Both the position numbers and the translations under genes were made by a program. The notes under the pieces were generated by a model. The model had not been told where the DNA came from, did no database searches, and saw only the letters and a list, made by a program, of their open reading frames with translations. A DNA stretch of 43,678 nt from Pseudothermotoga sp. GTDB taxonomy: Bacteria; Thermotogota; Thermotogae; Thermotogales; DSM-5069. The stretch is from positions 7,519 to 51,196 of the forward strand of contig JBEPZZ010000010.1 of assembly GCA_041640575.1 (NCBI GenBank), in the 5' to 3' direction. Shown here in pieces: positions 29,366-39,353 of the stretch (its first letter is position 1; each line of letters begins with the position of its first letter).

Positions 29366-31426
29366 TCATGCATTCTGCTTTTCCTGTTTTCTCTCTTGTA
29401 CTATTTTTTCCTGAATGTTTGCTGGAACTTCCTGATACTTTAAGAATTTCATAGTAAAGTAACCTCGACCACTTGTGATGCCAGATAATCTGCCAGAAAA
29501 GTCTAACATTTCTGCCAAGGGAACTTCAGCCTTTATCTTAGAGGTTCCTCTTCCAACTGATTCCATTCCTTGCGGTCTACCTCTTCTAGCCGTTATATCG
29601 CCAATTACATCTCCAGCAACTTCATCTGGGCAGAAGACTTCAACTTCCATTATTGGTTCCAGGATTACAGGTCTGGCATCTTCCATACCTTTTCTGAATG
29701 CTTGTATCGCAGCTATTTGGAAAGAAATATCTGAGGAATCGACTTCATGATAAGATCCATCAAACAACGTCACCCTAATATCTACCACTGGGTATCCCGC
29801 AAGTGAGCCGCGTTTCATTGCTTCAACAATTCCCTTTTCAACGGAAGGTATGAAGTTCTTTGGAATGGCTCCTCCAAAAATTTTGTCGACAAACTCAAAA
29901 CCCGCACCCCTTGGGAGTGGTTCCATCTCGATCTTTACATGACCATATTGACCATGCCCACCAGTTTGCTTTTTGTGTTTATACTCAGCAATGGTTTTCT
30001 TAGTTATCGTCTCTCTATATGCTATTTTTGGTTTACCTACGTCAACATCTACACCAAAGGTATTTTTAAGCCTGTCAATGATTGCGTCCAGATGAACGGT
30101 TCCAAGTCCAGAAACAACTGTTTCACCAGTTTCAGGATCATATTCCCATCTGAACGTTGGATCAGTCTCTGCAAGCCTTGACAACCCGTTGCTTATCTTG
30201 TCTATATCCGATTTGGATTTTGGATTAACCGACCTTGAGAACATCGGTTCTGGGAACGCTGGGGGTATTATGGTTATTTTTCGATCCTTGTGAGCAAGTG
30301 TTTCGCAAACGCCGCCCTCCTTGAGTTTCGGAAGAACAATTATGTCACCGCTAATGGCTTCTTCGATTTCAACTTGCTCCTTTCCCATAGCTCTATATAT
30401 TCTGCCAAATTTATCCGACAAACTTCTGTTAACGTTTATGTAGTTATCACCAGCTTTGATTGATCCGGCAATGACTTTTATATAACTAACACGTCCAACA
30501 AATGGATCAACAACAGTTTTAAAATTATAAGCGCAGAAAGGTTCTGACGGGCTTACTGGGATTTCGATTTGATTCCCATCCTCCAGTTTAGCTTTGTACT
30601 TTGGAGAATCCAGTGGTGTAGCGCCTATTTCCATAATGTAATCTAAAAGCACATCCAAACCTATGTTTTTGTCAGCGGAACCACAAAAGACCGGAACCAT
30701 CATTCTAGTTTTGTAGGCTTTTATGAGAGCTTTCGTAAGTTCATCTGGTGTTATTTCTTGACCTTCGAGATATTTTTCCATTAAATTGTCGTCGGATTCA
30801 ACTATATCTTCGACAAGTTTTATTCTCATCTTCTCAGCTTTTGTTTTCATGTCATCTGGTATCGGTGATTCCGTAGGTTTACCATTCTGATATACATAGG
30901 CTTTCATTTTGACTAGATCTATTACCCCTTTGAAGTTTGATTCAGAACCCAAAGGTATTGTCAGAGCAACCATTTTCATATTGAAAGATGATTTCATACT
31001 CTCCAATGAACTCTCAAAGCTACTGCGTTCCTTATCAAGTTGGTTGATGAACGCCATAACAGGGCGATTAAAGTCCTCGGCTATTTGCCACGTTCTTTCT
31101 GTTTGAATTTCAACACCCGCTACACCATTTATTATGCTTAAAACATTTTCACAGACAAAGACTGTATTCACCACATCTGCTATGAAATCGCCAAAACCAG
31201 GTGTGTCAATTACCGTGAGCAGATTATCTTTCCATTTGAACGAAAATACGTGTGATGTAACGCTTGAACCTTTGCTTTCTTCTACAGGATCCGTGTCAAT
31301 TTGCTTGATGCTAATTCGATCAGTAAGACCAGCATTGTAGAGAAAGCCTGAAAGTAATAGAGATTTTCCAGATCCAGTGTGGCCGACTAAAGCTATGTTT
31401 TTTCTCTTGCTCAATACCGATTCCAT
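29366..31426 (-). CDS. Elongation factor G paralog (EF-G2-like)
   Basis: All EF-G domains present (GHTGSGKS, DTPGF, AYRETI, QTGGHGQYGH, SYHEVDSS, LEPIM), but the GTPase motifs are divergent. Confidence 0.92.
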   Translation of the reverse strand: MESVLSKRKNIALVGHTGSGKSLLLSGFLYNAGLTDRISIKQIDTDPVEESKGSSVTSHVFSFKWKDNLLTVIDTPGFGDFIADVVNTVFVCENVLSIINGVAGVEIQTERTWQIAEDFNRPVMAFINQLDKERSSFESSLESMKSSFNMKMVALTIPLGSESNFKGVIDLVKMKAYVYQNGKPTESPIPDDMKTKAEKMRIKLVEDIVESDDNLMEKYLEGQEITPDELTKALIKAYKTRMMVPVFCGSADKNIGLDVLLDYIMEIGATPLDSPKYKAKLEDGNQIEIPVSPSEPFCAYNFKTVVDPFVGRVSYIKVIAGSIKAGDNYINVNRSLSDKFGRIYRAMGKEQVEIEEAISGDIIVLPKLKEGGVCETLAHKDRKITIIPPAFPEPMFSRSVNPKSKSDIDKISNGLSRLAETDPTFRWEYDPETGETVVSGLGTVHLDAIIDRLKNTFGVDVDVGKPKIAYRETITKKTIAEYKHKKQTGGHGQYGHVKIEMEPLPRGAGFEFVDKIFGGAIPKNFIPSVEKGIVEAMKRGSLAGYPVVDIRVTLFDGSYHEVDSSDISFQIAAIQAFRKGMEDARPVILEPIMEVEVFCPDEVAGDVIGDITARRGRPQGMESVGRGTSKIKAEVPLAEMLDFSGRLSGITSGRGYFTMKFLKYQEVPANIQEKIVQERKQEKQNA

Positions 31427-31443
31427 ATGTCCACCTCCAGAAC

Positions 31444-33099
31444 TTAGTTATTTTTTGGTATTACAAGTATCGATACCGGTATATTCCTGATCCAATCGCT
31501 AAACATTTTACTAACAATTTGGTTTCTGACAACCATTACGGCGGAACTACCACCATCGAGATTCATAGCTGAATAGAAGCCTTTTTGCAGGCAAAAGTCA
31601 ACCAGCTCATCATAATTTGCACCACCAAATCCATTTTGCTCGTTTATCACAGCAAATACTACTTTCCCATCTGGAAGGGTGGCCACCAAAGTTCTGCTGG
31701 CATTAGTTTTGGCGATACCACCGCCATAACGATTCTTTTCGTCATTGCGATCTGGGAGCGGTAAGCCATTGTAAATGATGAGAGGTCCGCCCTCGACTGC
31801 ATGTCGAATCGGATACGGAAAATCAGTGTTGATAACAAGTTCCGCTCGACTACCTATTTGTATTTCTTGTAGATAATTCGAATACTTTGCAGAAATTGCA
31901 AGTACATATCCTCCATTTGGAGCTTTCTCGGTCCATCCTATTCCAGTTATCCTGTTGTTTTCTACTACAAAATAAACCGTATCGTTGCGCCTTGGGATAG
32001 GTAATCCAAACTCTTCGGTGAATATGAGTACATCACCAAGCGCGTTAGTATTGATTCCCTTCACAAGAAATAACAATTGGCCCAATCTTAAATTCAGTTC
32101 GTAGAACATCCTAGTGATATAAACTTCTCCCGATTTTGTTTGAACAAAAATTGGTCGATTTCCGTAAGGTAGTGATAAAATTTTGCCATCGGATATTATC
32201 AAACCTATGGGCATTCTGGTAGTCACATCAAAATAATTTGCATTGATTCCAGCAACTGCTTTCATTCTTGAAACCATTCGATCAACACTTTCTACTGTAC
32301 CAATTCCTCCTGAACTTGTTGCAGGATACAGGTCCACTTGCTTTGGATCTATCCAGAGATAGTTAACCAATAAATCTTTTCTGCCAATTTTTTCAACTTT
32401 TTGTTCCCAGAAAACCCCAGGTGCAATTCGTTCCTTACCAAAACCTGGGTACCTGATCTTAACAATGACCGTTGATGCCTCAAAGGTCACAGAAACAGAC
32501 GGTTCTATTTCCTCTCCTATATCAACTTCAATGACAGCTTTTGTACCATCTATCTTGAAGCTAACTCCACTAGCAATTGTTGCCTGACTTACGCAAGGGG
32601 CAATCTCAACTTGGACTTTGGAGGATGAACTTGAAATTCTTAACATTTGCTCGAAGATAGGACCAGAAAAATCAACGATGAGCGTTCCTTCTATAAATTG
32701 AGCTGACTTCAATGTAGGTAAATTGTTTGCAAGAACGATATTTCCATTTGGGGTTAGGTAAGAGGATAGACCAAGAATCTCACTGAGAACATCTAGCCGA
32801 ACCATAACTGTGCCTTTTGTCACTAGGGCTGCTTTTTCATACACATCGAGAAAATCCACGGACAATTTTCCATCACTTTCGGCAATAATTATCCTTTTGC
32901 CATATATCAAATAAGCACGGTTCGATCTTTCTGATATCACTACAGATAATCCTAGTTTTTCCAGTGGTTTTACGTCCACATACTTGTTCTCCTCATTTGT
33001 GGTTACACCAGATTCACCAATTATTACTATTAGTTGGGAGGGTAAGACAACAGAAAAACAGAAGAGTGTAAATAACCATATCAAAAGAGTGGTTCTCAT
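31444..33099 (-). CDS. Exported phosphodiester glycosidase (NAGPA/DUF2233) family protein
   Basis: Signal peptide; AGINANYF, GGPL, SRT, AMNLDGGSS. Confidence 0.85.
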   Translation of the reverse strand: MRTTLLIWLFTLFCFSVVLPSQLIVIIGESGVTTNEENKYVDVKPLEKLGLSVVISERSNRAYLIYGKRIIIAESDGKLSVDFLDVYEKAALVTKGTVMVRLDVLSEILGLSSYLTPNGNIVLANNLPTLKSAQFIEGTLIVDFSGPIFEQMLRISSSSSKVQVEIAPCVSQATIASGVSFKIDGTKAVIEVDIGEEIEPSVSVTFEASTVIVKIRYPGFGKERIAPGVFWEQKVEKIGRKDLLVNYLWIDPKQVDLYPATSSGGIGTVESVDRMVSRMKAVAGINANYFDVTTRMPIGLIISDGKILSLPYGNRPIFVQTKSGEVYITRMFYELNLRLGQLLFLVKGINTNALGDVLIFTEEFGLPIPRRNDTVYFVVENNRITGIGWTEKAPNGGYVLAISAKYSNYLQEIQIGSRAELVINTDFPYPIRHAVEGGPLIIYNGLPLPDRNDEKNRYGGGIAKTNASRTLVATLPDGKVVFAVINEQNGFGGANYDELVDFCLQKGFYSAMNLDGGSSAVMVVRNQIVSKMFSDWIRNIPVSILVIPKNN

Positions 33100-34388
33100 T
33101 TCATCACCTCAAGCACTGTATCTTCAACCCGCGGACTTTGTGACTCTATTTGGTAAGCCTTTTCCAGCATCTCTAAAGCTTCAACAACATTGCTATTTTT
33201 CCCAACATAGAGTTTTGCAATTATTTCGCCCTTTTCCACAGGGTCTCCTAGTTTTTTTAGAACTTCTATTCCGACACTGAGATCAATTGGATCCTCTTTT
33301 TTGTTTCGTCCAGCGCCAAGCAACACCGAAGCTACTCCAACTGACTCGGTATCTATTTTGAAGATGTATCCATCCCTTTTTGCTAAGAATGGAACTGTAT
33401 TGCTCGAAATCGGTAGTTTCGAGTAATCATCGGCGATACTTTCATCGCCGCCCTGAGCTTTAACAAATCTTTTAAAAGCTTTAAGAGCTTCACCTGAAGT
33501 TATAGCTTCAAGGACTCTGCCTTCGCTTACGGATATACCTGCCATATCGAGCATCTCTTTTGCTATGCAAACTGAAAGTGTTTCTAAATCTTTTGGCCCC
33601 AAACCTTTTAAACAGTTTATTGCTTCCAAGACCTCCAAAGAATTTCCTATCATTCTTCCAAGTGGTTGGTCCATGTTTGAGAGAACCGCTCTTGCTGATT
33701 TTCCAGATCTTTTGAGTATATCTATCATGAGTTTGGCTAGTTTTTTTGCTGTATTCAGCTCCTTCAGAAATGCTCCTGATCCAACCTTAACGTCGAAAAC
33801 TATGCAATCAGCACCACTTGCAAGTTTCTTGCTAACAATGCTTGATGCGATCAATGAAATGTTGTCAACGGTAGCAGTTGTATCCCTAAGAGCATAAATT
33901 TTCTTATCCGCAGGTACAAGATTTCCAGTTTGACTGGCAATTGAAAACCCTACTTCGTTGACTATCTTAAGGAATTCTGATCGTTCCAATTCCAACCTTA
34001 TACCAGGGATAGACTCGAGTTTATCAATCGTTCCACCAGTGTGCCCGAGACCTCGTCCTGACATTTTTGCAACCTTGACTCCAAAGCATGCCACTATTGG
34101 AAGAACCACAATTGTAGTTTTGTCACCTACACCACCTGTGGAATGCTTGTCGAGTTTAATACCATCTATTCCCGAGAGATCCATCATCTCTCCTGACCTA
34201 GCCATGGCGATAGTCAGATCGTAGGTCTCTCGTTCATCTAGACCACGAAAATAAACTGCCATCAAAAACGCTGCCATTTGGTAGTCCGGTATATCCCCCG
34301 AAACATATCCATGCACGAGGAAGTTTATTTCCTCTGTTGTCAATGTCTGACCGTCGCGCTTTTTCTTGATGATGTCATACATTCTCAT
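33096..34388 (-). CDS. pdp: Pyrimidine-nucleoside phosphorylase
   Basis: IIKKKRDG, DKHSTGGVGDK, SGRGLGHTGGT, SKKLA. Confidence 0.96.
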   Translation of the reverse strand: MRMYDIIKKKRDGQTLTTEEINFLVHGYVSGDIPDYQMAAFLMAVYFRGLDERETYDLTIAMARSGEMMDLSGIDGIKLDKHSTGGVGDKTTIVVLPIVACFGVKVAKMSGRGLGHTGGTIDKLESIPGIRLELERSEFLKIVNEVGFSIASQTGNLVPADKKIYALRDTTATVDNISLIASSIVSKKLASGADCIVFDVKVGSGAFLKELNTAKKLAKLMIDILKRSGKSARAVLSNMDQPLGRMIGNSLEVLEAINCLKGLGPKDLETLSVCIAKEMLDMAGISVSEGRVLEAITSGEALKAFKRFVKAQGGDESIADDYSKLPISSNTVPFLAKRDGYIFKIDTESVGVASVLLGAGRNKKEDPIDLSVGIEVLKKLGDPVEKGEIIAKLYVGKNSNVVEALEMLEKAYQIESQSPRVEDTVLEVMK

Positions 34389-35638
34389 TTCTCATCACCT
34401 TGTACAACAGGAAGTGTAACGGTGAAAGTTGTACCTATACCCAGTTCACTTTCCACGTGTATTTGGCCTTTATGCCTATCAACGATTGTTTTCACTATTG
34501 AAAGTCCTAACCCTGCGCCACCCATTTTTCTGCTTCTGCCTTTATCCACTCTGTAAAACCTCTCGAAAATTTTGTTTAAAGCGTTTTGAGGTATACCAGG
34601 ACCAGTATCTTCGACTTTTATTACTACCGAATCATCATGAAGTTTTGCACTTACTTTGACTCTTTTTTCACCAGTTTCCTTCAGAGAAGTGTATTTTACG
34701 GCATTATCGACGAGATTTACGAGCATCTGAACCAACCTATCCTGATCCGCCTCAATTACGATATCCTGACAACTATGTTCAACCTGAACTCCGTAATGAA
34801 CCGACAATGGTTCAACTATTGATAAAACATACTTTATTACGGAACATAAATCGACAGATTCGAACTCAAACTTGGCTTCCCCAGATTCAAGTCTTTCTAG
34901 ATCAAGCAAATCATTTATCAATCTGGTCATTCTCGCTGCCTCATTTTCTATGATGCTCAGAAACTTTTGCCTTGTCTCCGGGTCAATATCTGGATCGTTC
35001 AACAAGGTTTCAGCATACCCATGTATTGAAGTCAAAGGCGTCCTCAATTCATGGGAAACATTTGACACAAATTCTTTCCTCATTTCGTTAAGCTCATGTT
35101 CCTTTGTGACATCGTGCATTAGTATGACTACTCTCTTTTCTGTTCTAGATAAAGAGACTGGAATCATCTTGCAGTAATAGTATTTTTTGTTGCCTTCAAC
35201 GTAGAGGATAGCGTTGCCTTCTTGAACTTGCCAGGTTTTTACAGTTTCATCAAACATTTCGATTAGAAAATAATCTTCTAAAGCATCATATATTTTCTTA
35301 GTCACGGGAACAGGGCGCGAAATCCTTTCTGCAGCTTTATTCGCGAAAATTATCTCACCATCAACTTGAACAAAGAAAATGGGATCAACAATATTGTTGA
35401 GGAGGGTCAAAACATTTTCTCTACTTTTTTGAGCGGCACTCAATTCTTCTTCAAGATTCTCAATCTTTTTTCTCAGTTGCTGTAAAATGTGAACAGGTGG
35501 GGAGTCTTCTTGAACATCAGCTAACTCCGCCACCCTTCGAAAGAATTTTTCGTAATTTTTTACCCTCCAGCCATTTACAATTTCATAGACAACAACGAAA
35601 GCAATTGTAGCGACTAATATTACCCCAAATACAGTCAC
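34385..35638 (-). CDS. hpkA: PAS-domain sensor histidine kinase (Thermotoga HpkA-like)
   Basis: One TM, PAS, SHELRTPL, DNAVKY, DTGPGI, FYRVD, GAGLGL; paired with the drrA-like gene. Confidence 0.88.
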   Translation of the reverse strand: MTVFGVILVATIAFVVVYEIVNGWRVKNYEKFFRRVAELADVQEDSPPVHILQQLRKKIENLEEELSAAQKSRENVLTLLNNIVDPIFFVQVDGEIIFANKAAERISRPVPVTKKIYDALEDYFLIEMFDETVKTWQVQEGNAILYVEGNKKYYYCKMIPVSLSRTEKRVVILMHDVTKEHELNEMRKEFVSNVSHELRTPLTSIHGYAETLLNDPDIDPETRQKFLSIIENEAARMTRLINDLLDLERLESGEAKFEFESVDLCSVIKYVLSIVEPLSVHYGVQVEHSCQDIVIEADQDRLVQMLVNLVDNAVKYTSLKETGEKRVKVSAKLHDDSVVIKVEDTGPGIPQNALNKIFERFYRVDKGRSRKMGGAGLGLSIVKTIVDRHKGQIHVESELGIGTTFTVTLPVVQGDEK

Positions 35639-35641
35639 TCA

Positions 35642-36361
35642 CTATTCTTCCTTCCCTGGATCTCGGAACTTGTACCCCTTACCTCTGACTGTTATTATGT
35701 ACTTGGGATTTGATGGGTCATCTTCAATCTTCGTTCTTAGTCTTCTAATATGTACGTCGACAGTTCGGGTGTCACCATAGTAGTCATATCCCCAAAGTTT
35801 ATCGAGCAGAACATCTCTGTTGAAAACTTTACCCTCATTTTCGGCAAGAAATCTAAGAAGCTCGAATTCCAAAGGTGTTAAGCTAACCTTTTTACCACCA
35901 ACTCGCACTTCATACCTTTCAACATCAATTTCTAATCCTTTCGCGATAATTTTCTTTGGCCTTTCTTCCCTTTCCTGAGCACTCAACTGTATTCTTCTGA
36001 AAACTGCTTTGACCCTTGCAATTAATTCCCTGATGCTGAAAGGCTTGGTAATGTAATCATCAGCACCAAGTTCAAGACCTAAAACCTTGTCAAACTCTTC
36101 ACCTTTCGCGCTCAGAAAAATCACAGGAGCAGTTTTGTACTTGTCACTCGATCTGAGCTGTCGGACAAGTTCAAAGCCATCCATTCCCGGAAGCATGATG
36201 TCCACGATAAATAGATCAACAGGTTCACTTGCGGAGATCTTTAGTGCTTCTTCCCCGTCATAAGCCTTCAATACGTCATACCCTTCTCTTGCGAGATTAT
36301 AGCTGACCAACTCAATGATTGATGGATCATCGTCGACGACCAAAATCTTTCTTTTCGCCAT
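35642..36361 (-). CDS. drrA: OmpR-family response regulator (Thermotoga DrrA-like)
   Basis: MAKRKILVVDDD, DIMLP, KPF, RTVDVHIRRLRTKIE, TVRGKGY. Start moved to ATG 36361. Confidence 0.9.
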   Translation of the reverse strand: MAKRKILVVDDDPSIIELVSYNLAREGYDVLKAYDGEEALKISASEPVDLFIVDIMLPGMDGFELVRQLRSSDKYKTAPVIFLSAKGEEFDKVLGLELGADDYITKPFSIRELIARVKAVFRRIQLSAQEREERPKKIIAKGLEIDVERYEVRVGGKKVSLTPLEFELLRFLAENEGKVFNRDVLLDKLWGYDYYGDTRTVDVHIRRLRTKIEDDPSNPKYIITVRGKGYKFRDPGKEE

Positions 36362-36426
36362 AGCTATACCCTTTCGGGTGCACCTCCCCTTCTTAAAATT
36401 CCTATCCAAAAATCCACCATGTTAAC

Positions 36427-36454
36427 ATTATAACAGAAACAAACCGAAATGTAA
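36427..36454 (-). promoter_or_regulatory. Promoter of the drrA operon
   Basis: Extended -10 TGtTATAAT (36427-36435); weak -35 TTACAT 16 nt upstream. Confidence 0.6.
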
Positions 36455-36524
36455 CAAGTCACTGCTTTTATTTATTTTGGATTCCTCAGATTCGTGTAGA
36501 ATATAATAGAGGAGATGTTTAATC

Positions 36525-37013
36525 TTGAGAAAAGGTTTTACCCTTATAGAAATAATTATTGTTATAACCATCTTCTCCATTTTCACCATCGTCCTTGCTT
36601 TGGTACTGAACGATTATCTCAAAAAAGCCGAGCAGAATATTCAGCTTCTAGATGGCATTCGTCGCCTCACCGAAACAGCGGAAAAAGTTATTCAGATCCT
36701 CAATAAAGCTAATGGTCCGGCAAATTCAGTAAAGATTCTTTCTGAAACAGAAATTCAGTTTGACATGATTATACTTGGAAGGAAAATAAGCTGTGATGTG
36801 ACTGTTGATAACCAGAATCACCAGTTGATTTACCGGGAAGACAATCAACCACAAATTATAACTATTGAAAACGTCGAGGTTCGATTTTATAGTGCGTCTT
36901 CTACGTCAGAAACGAACCTGCCTGTGAAAGTTGTGACAAGTATCCCAAATCCTATGAACCGTCTTTCCAAAATATCCCTAGAGTTCCTGGTTTATCCACC
37001 AGGAGTGAGGTGA
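36525..37013 (+). CDS. Prepilin-type N-terminal cleavage/methylation protein
   Basis: Class III signal MRKG|FTLIE followed by a hydrophobic helix; SD GAGGAG. Confidence 0.9.
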   Translation: MRKGFTLIEIIIVITIFSIFTIVLALVLNDYLKKAEQNIQLLDGIRRLTETAEKVIQILNKANGPANSVKILSETEIQFDMIILGRKISCDVTVDNQNHQLIYREDNQPQIITIENVEVRFYSASSTSETNLPVKVVTSIPNPMNRLSKISLEFLVYPPGVR

Positions 37014-37017
37014 TTTT

Positions 37018-38988
37018 ATGAAGAGTAAGCCAGGGTATGTAATTGTTCTTGGCATACTGATGGTTGTCGTAGCATCGATAATAGCCATAGCTGTTATAAC
37101 CCAAGTTGATACAACTATTAGAAGAGCTATCCTTACACGAGACAAGCTTAATGACGAAGCTGACGCGTTGAAGATCATTGCAACAAGTGCTGCATATTTG
37201 AGGAGTAAATACAGTGTTGCGAACGGGTTCTACCTTGCAGAGCATAGAACGGTGCAAGAACATTATGATGAGATCAAAAATGTGGTTTTGAAAAGCTCCG
37301 GCCCTGTGGAAAAAACTGTTTGGGAGAGTTTATTCCAGAGTGATTCGCAAATCTATCTTTCTGTAGTCAAGGATCTGCTCCGTTCGCCTTCTGGTGATAC
37401 GCCACTTCAGAGAGCGCTTCGAGATAGTAAGCAAAAGGGGCTTATCAGTGCAGATTTATCTAAGATAAAGGTTCTGACACTTGCCGAAGCCGATACAAGG
37501 ACTTGGTCTGTCCTTCTCTTCGTTCAAGTGAACAATTCTTTTTGTTGGGCTGTAGTAGGTCCTGAAGGATTTTTCAACTATGCTGTCTTTTTGCCAAATG
37601 GTATTCCTGAAGGGACTTATTATGGAACTGGTGAAGTCATAGATGGTCCAAGTTGGTTTGGAGTTGACGATAGAGATCGAGGTGGACTTGGTATTCTTGG
37701 CAATCCTGGCCCAAGATTTTACGGTAAGACTTTTTACAGAAAACTGCGCAAGAATTCAACTGAAGATCTTTCAAGAATATTTGTTGGTGGGCGGGTCACT
37801 CTTAGTGACTCCGATGTTCAGTCTTATAAAAGAGCTTTTCAGGGGAAAACCTATTGGGAAGCTCAACTTGCTAGCTTGGAAAAAGTTGATCTGATTAATT
37901 TTGCGAAAGGTGACATATCAGCGCCTAATGGTCCTGCTGGAATTGAAGTTGTTTATTCAAAAGCTTCTGGGGCTCAGAATATAGATGATTTGATTATAAC
38001 CTCGACCATCGAAACTATAAATGGTGTTGTAACACAAGTTTTGTCAATAGGTGGACCAGAAGATGGCTATTTCCGTGCGAGGAACAATAGGTACAAAGCT
38101 CGTATTGAAATACCATTTCCTGGTCCTCCAAATGTTCCTGCAAAAATTCTTCTGGAAGAGAAAAGGCCAAATGGACAGGTTTTCAGTTACAATAGAATTC
38201 TGAACTCTTTTAATGGTTTCTTAGGTTTATTCTGCGAAACAACTAATTCTCAAATTGCTTTTGGCCATAAAGATAGCTGGATAAAGAATACTTTCATTGG
38301 AGATTGGACAATTCTTGCCATGGGTTATCGCGGCCGGCAGGAGGAACAAACGCCGCACGATTATGTGAAAATATACAGCGATATCGAGTACTACAGCGCA
38401 AAAAGTGATAGAAAGATGGTACTACAAATAAACAACGTGCAGTATGAGGTTCAAATGACTCCGTTTTTCACAAATGGTCGACCAATACCAAACAACAGAG
38501 ATGTCAAAGGGTTAGTACGAGCTCAAAGTGATGGTGCACAAACACTAGTAGAAGTGGATGGAAAAACATTTTGGGATGCTTGGTACAAAACGATGTCAGA
38601 AGTTGGCTCGAAAGATCATATTAATTTTATAACAGCTGGAGATATTGTGATACCTTGGCATCAAGGTTACAGATACGATTCCAACAAGATACGAAACTTA
38701 AGAATGGATATGAGTATTTTCACAATGTATTGGGATAGAGAAAAGGCTAAAAGAAGTGGAAACCCACTTGTCCCAACTTTGAAAGTTGATTATCGGAACT
38801 TTCAAGGATTGAGCTATAGGTTTATATTTGGCTCGTTGGCTTCTGAAGCAGTTACAGCGACGTGGAGCACTCGTGAAAACAAAGGCCTCAAAGAATTCAA
38901 CGTTTTTGATCAAAGACTTTATTCAGCAAAGAGAGGATTTGCTCCGATGACTGGGGCTATTCTCATGGAAGGGTTGCGGTTAAGGTGA
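37018..38988 (+). CDS. Large pilin-like protein (PilX/GspK-type N-terminus, large C-terminal domain)
   Basis: MKSKPG|YVIVL hydrophobic helix lacking Glu5; FNYAVF after the pilin domain; C-terminal FDQRL...FAP. Confidence 0.7.
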   Translation: MKSKPGYVIVLGILMVVVASIIAIAVITQVDTTIRRAILTRDKLNDEADALKIIATSAAYLRSKYSVANGFYLAEHRTVQEHYDEIKNVVLKSSGPVEKTVWESLFQSDSQIYLSVVKDLLRSPSGDTPLQRALRDSKQKGLISADLSKIKVLTLAEADTRTWSVLLFVQVNNSFCWAVVGPEGFFNYAVFLPNGIPEGTYYGTGEVIDGPSWFGVDDRDRGGLGILGNPGPRFYGKTFYRKLRKNSTEDLSRIFVGGRVTLSDSDVQSYKRAFQGKTYWEAQLASLEKVDLINFAKGDISAPNGPAGIEVVYSKASGAQNIDDLIITSTIETINGVVTQVLSIGGPEDGYFRARNNRYKARIEIPFPGPPNVPAKILLEEKRPNGQVFSYNRILNSFNGFLGLFCETTNSQIAFGHKDSWIKNTFIGDWTILAMGYRGRQEEQTPHDYVKIYSDIEYYSAKSDRKMVLQINNVQYEVQMTPFFTNGRPIPNNRDVKGLVRAQSDGAQTLVEVDGKTFWDAWYKTMSEVGSKDHINFITAGDIVIPWHQGYRYDSNKIRNLRMDMSIFTMYWDREKAKRSGNPLVPTLKVDYRNFQGLSYRFIFGSLASEAVTATWSTRENKGLKEFNVFDQRLYSAKRGFAPMTGAILMEGLRLR

Positions 38989-39296
38989 GAGGTTACAGTT
39001 TGATAGAGCTTATTGTTGGCTTGGTAATTTTGCTATTTGCTATGTTAATATTTTTCGTAGCTGTGGATCAAGCATTACGAGCCTTTTCAAAAGTAAATCA
39101 GACCTTCAACGAAACAGCAGAATATTTTAACGCCGTTACTTCTAATTTTGCTGGACAGTTGTCTGGTAGTACGGTTAATACTCTTGACAAAGTTTTGGGT
39201 TATCAGTTAACAGGACCTTATGCTTTTTTTGACTCTATAGAGGTTAGGATAAAGGACGGAAAATACCTTTATGGTCTGCAAGATATAACTTTTTAG
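38985..39296 (+). CDS. Small prepilin-type protein (PilV/GspI-like size)
   Basis: MRG|YSLIE plus hydrophobic helix; GTGA overlap with the upstream gene. Confidence 0.85.
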   Translation: MRGYSLIELIVGLVILLFAMLIFFVAVDQALRAFSKVNQTFNETAEYFNAVTSNFAGQLSGSTVNTLDKVLGYQLTGPYAFFDSIEVRIKDGKYLYGLQDITF

Positions 39297-39305
39297 CAAC
39301 CTATG

Positions 39306-39335
39306 AAAACAAAAGGGGTCGTAAAGACCCCTGTT
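39306..39335. terminator. Intrinsic terminator between convergent genes (better U tract on the minus strand)
   Basis: AAAACAAA-AGGGGTC-gtaaa-GACCCCT-gtt. Confidence 0.75.
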
Positions 39336-39353
39336 CGATCATAATTTATTTTG

